Of a DNA stretch of 64,000 bases, positions 56,164 to 64,000 are shown piece after piece; position 1 is the first letter of the stretch; each line of letters starts with the position of its first letter. The DNA is taken from contig JAHJIX010000016.1 in NCBI GenBank assembly GCA_018823045.1, forward strand, positions 2,961-66,960, read 5' to 3'. The position numbers and the translations under genes were made by a program. The notes beneath the pieces are model-generated. The model worked only from the letters and a program-made list of their open reading frames with translations. It did not search any database and was not told where the DNA came from. This stretch comes from Patescibacteria group bacterium. Its GTDB lineage: Bacteria > Patescibacteriota > Patescibacteriia > Magasanikbacterales > UBA922.

Positions 56164-56164
56164 T

Positions 56165-57610
56165 ATGTCAATTACCTTAGGAACACTGACATTTGATCTG
56201 AATACTGTTATTGAATTTTTTAATACGGCAAGTACAGCAAGTATTATTTGGGCTTTATTTAGTATTGGTGGATATTTAATTTTGATGTATTTGTTACTCT
56301 ATGTAGGAATTGGTTATTATCAAGGGTATCGAGAAGATAAAGCTACGGCTAATTGGAAATATGTGTTGCTTGCTGTGGATGTTCCGCCAATGAATGCACA
56401 AACACCAAAGGCTGTTGAGCTTATGTTTGCTCAGCTCGCTGGGGCCTTTGATTCTCCTGATATTGCGGGAAAATATCGTGGTGGGTATAAACAGCGTTGG
56501 TTTAGTTTTGAAATTATTAGTGTTGAGGGATATATTCAATTTTTAATTTGGACAGAGGAAGCTTTTCGTGATTTAGTTGAAGCAGCTATGTATGCACAGT
56601 ATCCTGACGCAGAGGTTATTGAGGTTGAAGATTATGTTACAAATACTCCTGATACTTTTCCGCATGAATCATATGATATGTGGGCCGCTGATTTTGGTTT
56701 AGCAGAAGATAATGCTTATCCAATTAGAAATTATCATGATTTTGAGCATAATATTTCTAAAGACACTATTCTTAAAGATCCAATGAGTGCCTTTTTAGAA
56801 AGTTTTAGTCGTATTGGTCCAGGAGAGCAAATGTGGTTTCAAATTTTGATTGAACCTATTTCAAATTCTTGGAAAGAAGATGCTATTAAAAAGATTAAAG
56901 AAGTTATCGGAGAAAAGGTGTCTGCAAAAGGACCAAATATTTTTGCTACGTATTTAGTCGATAAACCAATTGCTTTGGTTGCTGAATTAGCAAATCATAT
57001 CATGGGTGCAGAAAATAGTGAATCCTCTAGTGGTGATGAAAAAAGTGGAGATAAAAATGAAATGAAGTATATGACTCCCGGGCAAATGAAAGTTGTGGAG
57101 TTAATGGAAGAAAAAATTAGCAAAATTGGCTTTAAAACAAAAATGCGTGGATTATATTTAGCAAGAAAAGAAGTCTTTAAGCCTGAGCGTGGAGTGAATG
57201 CATTGGTTGGAGCCATTAATCAATTTAATTCTCCAACAGCAAATTCAATTGTACCAAAATTTGGAGTAAGTGCCTCATACTTTTTTAGTGGTTCTCGCTC
57301 TCAAGAAAAAAAGAATTTATTAATGAAGGCGTATAAAAAAAGAAAAATAAAACCAGGAGCAAATTCTTGTGTATTAAATATTCAAGAATTGGCAACTATT
57401 TGGCATTTTCCAATGGTTCATGTTAAAACACCACTTATTCAAAAAGTGGAAGCAAAGCAATCTACACCGCCGGTTGGTTTACCTATGGAACATATTGCAC
57501 CTGCATTTGATGCGATTGTTGCAGCACCAGTTATAAAATCAGATACACCAAAAGAAAAGACAACACAAACAGATGCATATGGGTATGATTCTGGTATGAA
57601 GTTTGGGTAG
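56165..57610 (+). CDS. Hypothetical membrane-anchored protein (about 481 aa), unknown function
   Basis: N-terminal TM IIWALFSIGGYLILMYLLLYVGIGYY; large soluble domain with no recognised motif; start taken at the ATG at 56165 with GAGG upstream. Confidence 0.45.
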   Translation: MSITLGTLTFDLNTVIEFFNTASTASIIWALFSIGGYLILMYLLLYVGIGYYQGYREDKATANWKYVLLAVDVPPMNAQTPKAVELMFAQLAGAFDSPDIAGKYRGGYKQRWFSFEIISVEGYIQFLIWTEEAFRDLVEAAMYAQYPDAEVIEVEDYVTNTPDTFPHESYDMWAADFGLAEDNAYPIRNYHDFEHNISKDTILKDPMSAFLESFSRIGPGEQMWFQILIEPISNSWKEDAIKKIKEVIGEKVSAKGPNIFATYLVDKPIALVAELANHIMGAENSESSSGDEKSGDKNEMKYMTPGQMKVVELMEEKISKIGFKTKMRGLYLARKEVFKPERGVNALVGAINQFNSPTANSIVPKFGVSASYFFSGSRSQEKKNLLMKAYKKRKIKPGANSCVLNIQELATIWHFPMVHVKTPLIQKVEAKQSTPPVGLPMEHIAPAFDAIVAAPVIKSDTPKEKTTQTDAYGYDSGMKFG

Positions 57611-57689
57611 TGACATGTAAGAATTATAAAGCCGTAGTTGAAATACTATGGCTTGTATTTTTTTCAAAATAAGGTAGTATATAGGTATT

Positions 57690-58658
57690 ATGTGGTTTCA
57701 AAATATATTAGATAATAATCAAAAAATACTAGCACTGGCACCGATGGCAGATATGACTGATTCTCCATTTTGTCAAACAGTCAAGCATATTGGTGGCTGT
57801 GATATTGTTTTTCGCGAAATGGTCTCAAGTGAGGCATTAGTGCGAGATAATGACAAGACATTGTATATGACAGATTTTGATACGGCTGAACGACCAATTA
57901 TTCAGCAGATTTTTGGTGCAGATCCGTTGACTATGGCACAAGCAGCTGTGATTGTAATGGAGCGGTCACATCCTGATGGGATTGATATTAATATGGGTTG
58001 TCCTGTGCATAAAATTACGAGCAATTTTAATGGGTGTTCGCTCATGCGTGATGCGGATAAGGCTGGGGAAATTGTAAAAGAAATGAAGCAAGCCATTGGA
58101 GATACGCCATTGTCAGTAAAGATTCGTTTGGGTTGGAATGACCCTGATACTTTTAAAACATTCATTCCGGTACTTGAGGAGGCTGGAGCTCAGTTAATTA
58201 CCGTGCATGGCCGTACACGAGCGCAAGGGTATAGCGGAGTAGCAGATTGGAATCGTATTGCTGAAGCCAAGCATATAGCAACAGTACCTCTTTTGGCTAA
58301 CGGAGATGTGTTTACGCCAGAGTTAGTATCAAAGGCACTTGAAGTGACTGGAGCCGATGGGGTGATGATTGGGCGTGGTTCTCTTGGAAATCCGTGGTTT
58401 TTTTCTTTGGCGAAAGCAGGAGAGGGGAATGAAAGTGTTTCAATAGAAAAGCGAGTACAAATGATACTCTATCATCTTGATTTGCATTTGGCGCATTATG
58501 GAGAAAAGGGAATTGTTACGTTTAGAAAACATTTAGGGTGGTATATGAAATCTCAATCATTAGGGCAAAACATTCCAGGGATAAAGCAATTTCGGGGTCA
58601 ATTGGTTCAAGCATCTTCGCGGCAAGAAGTTGTGGATATATTAAATACTCTTCATTAA
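57690..58658 (+). CDS. dus: tRNA-dihydrouridine synthase
   Basis: LALAPMADMTDSPF N-terminus, TIM-barrel Dus motifs (NMGCPVHKI). Confidence 0.8.
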   Translation: MWFQNILDNNQKILALAPMADMTDSPFCQTVKHIGGCDIVFREMVSSEALVRDNDKTLYMTDFDTAERPIIQQIFGADPLTMAQAAVIVMERSHPDGIDINMGCPVHKITSNFNGCSLMRDADKAGEIVKEMKQAIGDTPLSVKIRLGWNDPDTFKTFIPVLEEAGAQLITVHGRTRAQGYSGVADWNRIAEAKHIATVPLLANGDVFTPELVSKALEVTGADGVMIGRGSLGNPWFFSLAKAGEGNESVSIEKRVQMILYHLDLHLAHYGEKGIVTFRKHLGWYMKSQSLGQNIPGIKQFRGQLVQASSRQEVVDILNTLH

Positions 58659-58766
58659 ACATGTATTTTTTAGCTCTAAATATAGACTTCATCATAGATA
58701 ATTATTATGAAGTGAATCGTTAATATATTTCTTGATTTTCCCCGTATTTTCAGGTAACATAGGACT

Positions 58767-60566
58767 ATGTCAGATATTCAAACGATTAAAGAAAAAATTG
58801 ATATTGTTGATTTGATTGGTGAATATATTCAGGTTAAACCATCAGGAACGTATCATAAAGCATGTTGTCCATTTCATAATGAAAAGACACCTTCTTTTAT
58901 GATACACAGAGATCGTCAGCGTTTTCATTGTTTTGGGTGTAATCAAGATGGAGATATTTTTACCTTCATTGAGCATATGGAAGGAATGGAGTTTATTGAG
59001 GCATTAAAGTATTTGGCTGATAGAGCAGGTGTGCAGTTAACACAAAAAGGTTCAGATACAAATAAACATCAAAAAAATAGAATAAAAGATATCAATGCCG
59101 CCGCTGCACATTTTTTTCATCAATTCTTCATGCAAATGCCTGCGTCTAAAGAGGCTATGGCATATATTCTTGGGCGTGGACTGACAACAGATACGATTGA
59201 AGCATGGCAAATTGGTTTTGTTCCAGATCAATGGGATTTACTGACAAAATATTTACTGAAAAAAGGGCATGCTATTGATGATTTGGTTGTAGCTGGTTTA
59301 ACCATTAAACGAGATAATGCAGATGCGGAGAGTGGGCGAGGGTATTATGATCGATTTCGTGGACGGATTATGTTTCCTATTTGGGATATTCATGGCTACA
59401 TTGTTGGTTTTACTGGGCGCGTGTTGGTTGAGACAGAAAAATCTGGTGGTAAATATGTAAATACGCCACAAACACCGGTATATGATAAATCTCGGGTTGT
59501 TTTTGGCTTAAATAAAGCAAAGCAAACCATAAAAAAAGAAGATAGTGTTGTGATCGTTGAAGGGCAGATGGATGTCATTACTTGCCATCAAGCAGGAATG
59601 CTTAATGTTGTTGCAAGTAGCGGTACGGCACTGACTGAACAGCAGATTGCATTGTTGAAGCGTTTTAGTAGTAATATACGCATGGCGTTTGATGCCGATG
59701 CCGCAGGGCAAGCTGCAGCAAAGCGTGGAATTGATTTGGCACTTGAAGCGGGTATGAGTGTGCGTGTTATTCGAATTCCTGAGGGGCAAGGAAAAGACCC
59801 TGATGAGTGTATTTTACAAAATAAAGATCATTGGTTTACTGCAGTAGAGCAGGCGACAGATGTAATGAATTGGTATATTGAAAAAGCATTTGCAGGAAAA
59901 GATTTAACTGATCCGAAGCAAAAACAAGCGATTGCTGAAGAAGTATTACCCGAAGTGAGTAGAATTCCATTTGCAATAGAAAAAGATCATTGGTTAAATA
60001 TGGTTGCTGGAAAATTAGGGGTAGATATTGCGGTGTTACGAGAAGATGTAGCTCGTATTGTTAAGAGTGAAACAAAAAAAGATAGAGTAGTGGGTCAGTT
60101 ATCACAAAGTGGTAGTAGTCATCAAAAAGAAATAGAAGAAACGGAAGTACCACGTTCTCAAGTTTTTTTTGTATTAGAACAGTTTTTTTCTCTTATATTA
60201 GCAAAAAATATTGAAAATGCAGTTGAATTGCTTACTGTATTAGATCCTGTGATTGCAAATCATCCTCTTTACAAATTTATAAAAATAGGATATACTGCAG
60301 GACATAATAGAGATGTAATTCGTGCATCTTTAGTGCAAAAAGATCAAGAAGTTTTTGATCGATTATTAATGCAAGCAGAACTTTCTTTTTCAAATATGTC
60401 AGATAGGGAAGCAGAAAAAGAAGCTGCTGCGTATGTTGATCAAATTATACGGATTTGGAAAAGGGAAAAACGAACAGCATTGCTTGCACAGATAGAGATT
60501 GCTAAAAAAACAGGAAATGAAGAAGAAGAGCAATCAATTTTAGTACAAGTACAACAATTACAATAA
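58767..60566 (+). CDS. dnaG: DNA primase
   Basis: CHC2 zinc finger CPFHNEKTPSF...HCFGC; TOPRIM EGQMDVI; roughly 600 aa. Confidence 0.9.
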   Translation: MSDIQTIKEKIDIVDLIGEYIQVKPSGTYHKACCPFHNEKTPSFMIHRDRQRFHCFGCNQDGDIFTFIEHMEGMEFIEALKYLADRAGVQLTQKGSDTNKHQKNRIKDINAAAAHFFHQFFMQMPASKEAMAYILGRGLTTDTIEAWQIGFVPDQWDLLTKYLLKKGHAIDDLVVAGLTIKRDNADAESGRGYYDRFRGRIMFPIWDIHGYIVGFTGRVLVETEKSGGKYVNTPQTPVYDKSRVVFGLNKAKQTIKKEDSVVIVEGQMDVITCHQAGMLNVVASSGTALTEQQIALLKRFSSNIRMAFDADAAGQAAAKRGIDLALEAGMSVRVIRIPEGQGKDPDECILQNKDHWFTAVEQATDVMNWYIEKAFAGKDLTDPKQKQAIAEEVLPEVSRIPFAIEKDHWLNMVAGKLGVDIAVLREDVARIVKSETKKDRVVGQLSQSGSSHQKEIEETEVPRSQVFFVLEQFFSLILAKNIENAVELLTVLDPVIANHPLYKFIKIGYTAGHNRDVIRASLVQKDQEVFDRLLMQAELSFSNMSDREAEKEAAAYVDQIIRIWKREKRTALLAQIEIAKKTGNEEEEQSILVQVQQLQ

Positions 60567-60588
60567 TATTTAGGTAATCTTTTTTACC

Positions 60589-61914
60589 ATGCCGCCAAAA
60601 AAAGCGACAACTAAAACAAGCACGCCAAAAAAGCGTGTTTCTAGCAAAACAGCAACTAAAAAAGTTGTTGTAAAAAAACGCAGTATAAGCGCTTTATCTA
60701 CAAAGAAAGCGACTAAAATTACAAAAACTGCAAAACCATCTACAAATAGCCAAAAAACAACAGCTGTTAAAGAAAATAAAAAAGAATTTACTTTGACAGA
60801 AGAGCCATTTATTCTTCCACAAGATGAAACAATTAGACGTCTTTTGCACAAAGGACGTGCACGTGGTTTTTTAACAGAAATAGAAGTTTTTTCTGTGTTT
60901 CCTCGTGTTGAGCAGTATATTCATTATTATGAAGGTTTTTTAGATTTACTTGATGCAAATAGTGTTGCTGTTATTGAACAAAAAGCAAAAGGATTGCTTG
61001 GAAATCAAGTTGACAGAAAAGAATTATTAGTAAAAATACAAGGAGAACAACCTGACATGGAAGTTGGATCATTTGATTTGTCAAAAATTTCTCAGGATTC
61101 AATTCAAATGTATTTGCGAGAAATTGGAAAGATTCCATTATTAACAGCAGAACAAGAAGTATCTTTGGCAAAAGCAAAAGAAAGAGGAGATAAATTATCT
61201 GAACAAAAGATGATTGAGTCTAATTTGCGTTTGGTTGTGTCTATTGCAAAGAAATTTGTTGGGAAACAATTGACTTTGCTTGATTTAATTCAAGAAGGAA
61301 ATATTGGATTGTTTCGTGCGGTAAAGAAGTTTGATTATAGAAAAGGGTATAAATTTTCTACTTATGCAACGTGGTGGATTCGCCAAGCAATTACGCGTGC
61401 ACTTGCTGATCAATCTAGGACCATTCGTATTCCTGTACACATGGTTGAAACAATCAATCGGTTTAAGCAAGTACAGCGTCGATTGTTGCAAGATCTTGGG
61501 CGTGATCCAACCCCTGAAGAATTAGCTGCAGAAATGGGTGAAGAATTACCAAAAGTAAAACAAATTATTAAAATTTCTCAAGATACCATTTCTCTTGAAA
61601 CATCTGTTGGTGGTGATGATGACGATGATTCTCCATTATCTGATTTTATTGAGGATGTTAAAAATGATAGCCCATCACATGTGGCAGGTGTAGAGTTATT
61701 GCGAGAGTATATCAATGAGGCTATTTCAAATTTATCTGCGCGTGAGCAAAAGATTTTAGAAATGCGTTTTGGATTGCGTGATGGTGTAACACATACACTT
61801 GAAGAAGTTGGGCGTGAATTTGATGTGACACGTGAACGTATTCGTCAAATTGAGGCTAAAGCATTAGAAAAAATTAAAAACTTTGAAGTGATTAGTAAAT
61901 TACGAGACTACTAA
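60589..61914 (+). CDS. rpoD: RNA polymerase sigma-70 factor with a Lys-rich histone-like N-terminal extension
   Basis: [16 protein letters not shown] (region 1.2/2.1), [14 protein letters not shown] (2.3/2.4), region 4 [23 protein letters not shown]; N-terminal about 65 aa are K/T/S-rich. Confidence 0.9.
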   Translation: MPPKKATTKTSTPKKRVSSKTATKKVVVKKRSISALSTKKATKITKTAKPSTNSQKTTAVKENKKEFTLTEEPFILPQDETIRRLLHKGRARGFLTEIEVFSVFPRVEQYIHYYEGFLDLLDANSVAVIEQKAKGLLGNQVDRKELLVKIQGEQPDMEVGSFDLSKISQDSIQMYLREIGKIPLLTAEQEVSLAKAKERGDKLSEQKMIESNLRLVVSIAKKFVGKQLTLLDLIQEGNIGLFRAVKKFDYRKGYKFSTYATWWIRQAITRALADQSRTIRIPVHMVETINRFKQVQRRLLQDLGRDPTPEELAAEMGEELPKVKQIIKISQDTISLETSVGGDDDDDSPLSDFIEDVKNDSPSHVAGVELLREYINEAISNLSAREQKILEMRFGLRDGVTHTLEEVGREFDVTRERIRQIEAKALEKIKNFEVISKLRDY

Positions 61915-62017
61915 TAGCAGCTATAGAACAGAAAAACTATTAATATACTTGATAGTTTTTTTGTTCTTTACATAAAATATGGTATACTATATAAACTAAA
62001 TAGTTAATAATGATGCT

Positions 62018-63103
62018 ATGGCATTATTTCAAAAAACTGAAGGGAGCGTTGGTGTTGATATTGGAGCCCACGGAATAAAGTTGGTTGAATTACATAAAGC
62101 AAAAGGGCGTCCCCAATTATGGACTTATGCAGTGGTGAAGCAGTCAATGCCGATTCATCATATGTTTTTGGCACCAGAAAAACATATACCAGGAAATAAT
62201 CAATTGTCTACAGAAATGATGACAGAAGTTGATAATTATGCGGCATTACTTGCACGTGCAGTAAAAGAAGCAAATATTACAACCTCTCGTGTGACGGCAA
62301 GTTTGCCTGTGTCGCAAGTATTTCATACATTAATTACGTTACCTATTGTTCCTGAAAAAGAATTATCCCATCATGTTGCGGCAAAAGTAGAAAAGATGTT
62401 ACCAATGCCAATAGAAGACATGCAAATCGTACATCAGCTTGTTGAGTCAGAAGAAAAAAAGGAACAATATTTACGTGTGCTTGTTACTGCTGCACCAAAA
62501 AAATTAATTACATTTTATACGAATATTTTTGGGAAGGCAGGCTTGCATTTAGAAGAACTTGAAACAGAGGCTTTTGCACTTGAAAGATCACTTGTTGGTA
62601 CTGATAAAGCAACTGTGATGGTAATTGATATTGGAGTAGATAGAACAAACTTTTTTATCATTGATGGTGGTGTACCAATTACTCATCGCAGTATTCATAT
62701 TGGTGGAAAAGAGTTTGACACGGTATTGTCTCAAGTATTTCAGGTAGATTCTTCATATGTTGAGCAAATTAAAAAAGACATGTCTCATTATGATCAAATG
62801 CTTGCACCTGAATTATTTCAGGCAGTTATGGCACCAATGCTTAAAGAAATTGAATACAGTATTGATTTATTTATGCATCAATTAGGCAATGAGCAAAAGC
62901 GAGTAGAAAAAATTATTTTAACTGGTGGGGGTTGTTTGGCAAATCCAATTATTTCTCTTATTAAACAAGCATTTCCAGTTAATGTGTTTGTCGGAGACCC
63001 TTGGGCACGAGTAGTGTATCAGCAGGGGCTTAAACGAGTTCTTGATGATATTGGGCCACGTATGTCAGTGAGTATTGGGCTTGCTATGCGGCATATTATG
63101 TAA
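62018..63103 (+). CDS. pilM: Type IV pilus assembly ATPase-fold protein PilM
   Basis: Actin-like fold start GVDIGAHGIKLVEL; C-terminal SIGLAMR. Confidence 0.7.
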   Translation: MALFQKTEGSVGVDIGAHGIKLVELHKAKGRPQLWTYAVVKQSMPIHHMFLAPEKHIPGNNQLSTEMMTEVDNYAALLARAVKEANITTSRVTASLPVSQVFHTLITLPIVPEKELSHHVAAKVEKMLPMPIEDMQIVHQLVESEEKKEQYLRVLVTAAPKKLITFYTNIFGKAGLHLEELETEAFALERSLVGTDKATVMVIDIGVDRTNFFIIDGGVPITHRSIHIGGKEFDTVLSQVFQVDSSYVEQIKKDMSHYDQMLAPELFQAVMAPMLKEIEYSIDLFMHQLGNEQKRVEKIILTGGGCLANPIISLIKQAFPVNVFVGDPWARVVYQQGLKRVLDDIGPRMSVSIGLAMRHIM

Positions 63104-63186
63104 TACCTCTTTGTCCTTTTCTTTAAATAGTGTATACTTAAAAGAGAAAGATTGGATATGGCTATTATTTTTTATTTAAAAGTAGT

Positions 63187-63570
63187 ATGACAAAAAAACA
63201 ATTTGTTGTTCTCTTAGTTGAAGATGACACATTTCTTGCTAATATTTATAAAACAAAGTTTGAATTAGAAGGATTTAAAGTTATCGGAGCTGAAAATGGA
63301 GAATTAGGTTTAAAAGAAGCAAAAAAGAAACATCCCGATATTATTTTACTTGATATTTTGTTACCAAAGATGGATGGGTTCACTGTACTTGAGCATTTAA
63401 AATCAGAAGAAGATCTTAAAGATATTCCAGTGATTATGTTGACCAATTTGGGGCAAAAAGATGATGTAGAAAAAGGGTTGGCATTGGGGGCGGTTGATTA
63501 TCTCATTAAAGCGCATTTTAAACCATCAGAAACTGTTGATAAAGTAAAAAAAGCATTAAAGATTTCATAA
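63187..63570 (+). CDS. Stand-alone response-regulator receiver domain (CheY-like)
   Basis: VLLVEDD ... DIILLDILLPKMDGF ... receiver-domain Asp pocket. Confidence 0.8.
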   Translation: MTKKQFVVLLVEDDTFLANIYKTKFELEGFKVIGAENGELGLKEAKKKHPDIILLDILLPKMDGFTVLEHLKSEEDLKDIPVIMLTNLGQKDDVEKGLALGAVDYLIKAHFKPSETVDKVKKALKIS

Positions 63571-63582
63571 ATTATATATACT

Positions 63583-64000
63583 ATGTCTATACATAAACGA
63601 GGATTTACTTTAATTGAGCTATTAGTGGTTCTTGCTCTGATTGCTTTTCTTTCGACCGTATCTGTCCTTGCATTAGGTTCAGCACGAGAAAGTTCACGTG
63701 ATTCAAAGCGATTATCTGATTTAAAACAATTACAAGGGTCTTTAGAATGGTATTATACCAATGTAGGTTCTTACCCAGTAGCACCAACAGGTGTTGCATT
63801 GGGAATTGATGCAAATGGAACAAGCTGTCTTGATAAAGATGGTGGTTTTGAAGCAAAGGCTGATTGTGATATGAACAGTGATGATACATATATGGGTATT
63901 GTTCCAGTTGACCCTGGTTCATATAACTATATATATAATTCAGTTGACGGAGCAAGTTATACTGTTGTGGCTACACTTGAGGGGCAAATAAATAATTTAG
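63583..64000 (+). CDS. Type IV pilin / pseudopilin (prepilin N-terminal methylation motif); 3' end outside the window
   Basis: KRGFTLIELLVVLALIAFLS class III signal; no stop before the window end. Confidence 0.75.
   Translation, partial: MSIHKRGFTLIELLVVLALIAFLSTVSVLALGSARESSRDSKRLSDLKQLQGSLEWYYTNVGSYPVAPTGVALGIDANGTSCLDKDGGFEAKADCDMNSDDTYMGIVPVDPGSYNYIYNSVDGASYTVVATLEGQINNL

Noticed and set aside
63605-63955. Minus-strand 116-aa ORF (Q/H/L/Y-rich)
   Set aside because: It is antisense to the clearly recognisable type IV pilin gene and has biased composition.
1-64000. CRISPR arrays, rRNA and tRNA genes
   Set aside because: Scanning found no regularly spaced direct repeats of 25-40 bp with unique spacers and no tRNA/rRNA-like conserved blocks. 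The repeats present are dispersed hairpin or MITE-like elements, not arrays.

Overview
This window is an AT-rich (about 35-37% G+C by eye) bacterial chromosomal segment with dense, mostly co-directional short genes. The gene content suggests a reduced-genome Patescibacteria/CPR-like organism: many GT2 glycosyltransferases around an rml-type deoxysugar cluster, a partial Mur pathway, several Nudix/HIT hydrolases, type IV pilus genes and an archaeal-type UMP kinase. That taxonomic assignment is inference only. I found no rRNA, tRNA or CRISPR array. Recognisable housekeeping genes include rfbB, an rmlA-like gene, comEC (split into two genes), a mutY-like gene, pyrH, rarA, a cls-like gene, queH, lgt, tsaE, glyA, mraY, a Mur ligase, murB, hpf, secA, secD, secF, dus, dnaG, rpoD and pilM with a pilin. 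Four things stand out. (1) Several compositionally foreign insertions: a roughly 60% GC ORF at 5570-5929 inside the glycan cluster, and a roughly 48% GC island at 48565-49860 between hpf and secA that begins with a GC-rich structured leader. (2) Unusual gene linkages: an Elp3 radical-SAM/GNAT gene head-to-head with a Trm9-like methyltransferase; an ATE/Bpt-family aminoacyl-tRNA transferase sitting between mraY and an Mpl/MurC-like ligase, close to a Ddl-like ATP-grasp gene and an NlpC/P60-like gene; and a SecD carrying inserted parvulin PPIase domains. (3) Repeat families: a roughly 105-bp MITE-like element with terminal inverted repeats and an SD-preceded 10-codon micro-ORF in three copies, and a family of CCCTCC/GGAGGG hairpins. 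(4) A toxin-antitoxin-flanked islet (HigBA ... VapBC) enclosing two uncharacterised membrane-associated genes. Functional calls rest on motif recognition in the translated ORFs. Nothing was searched against databases.
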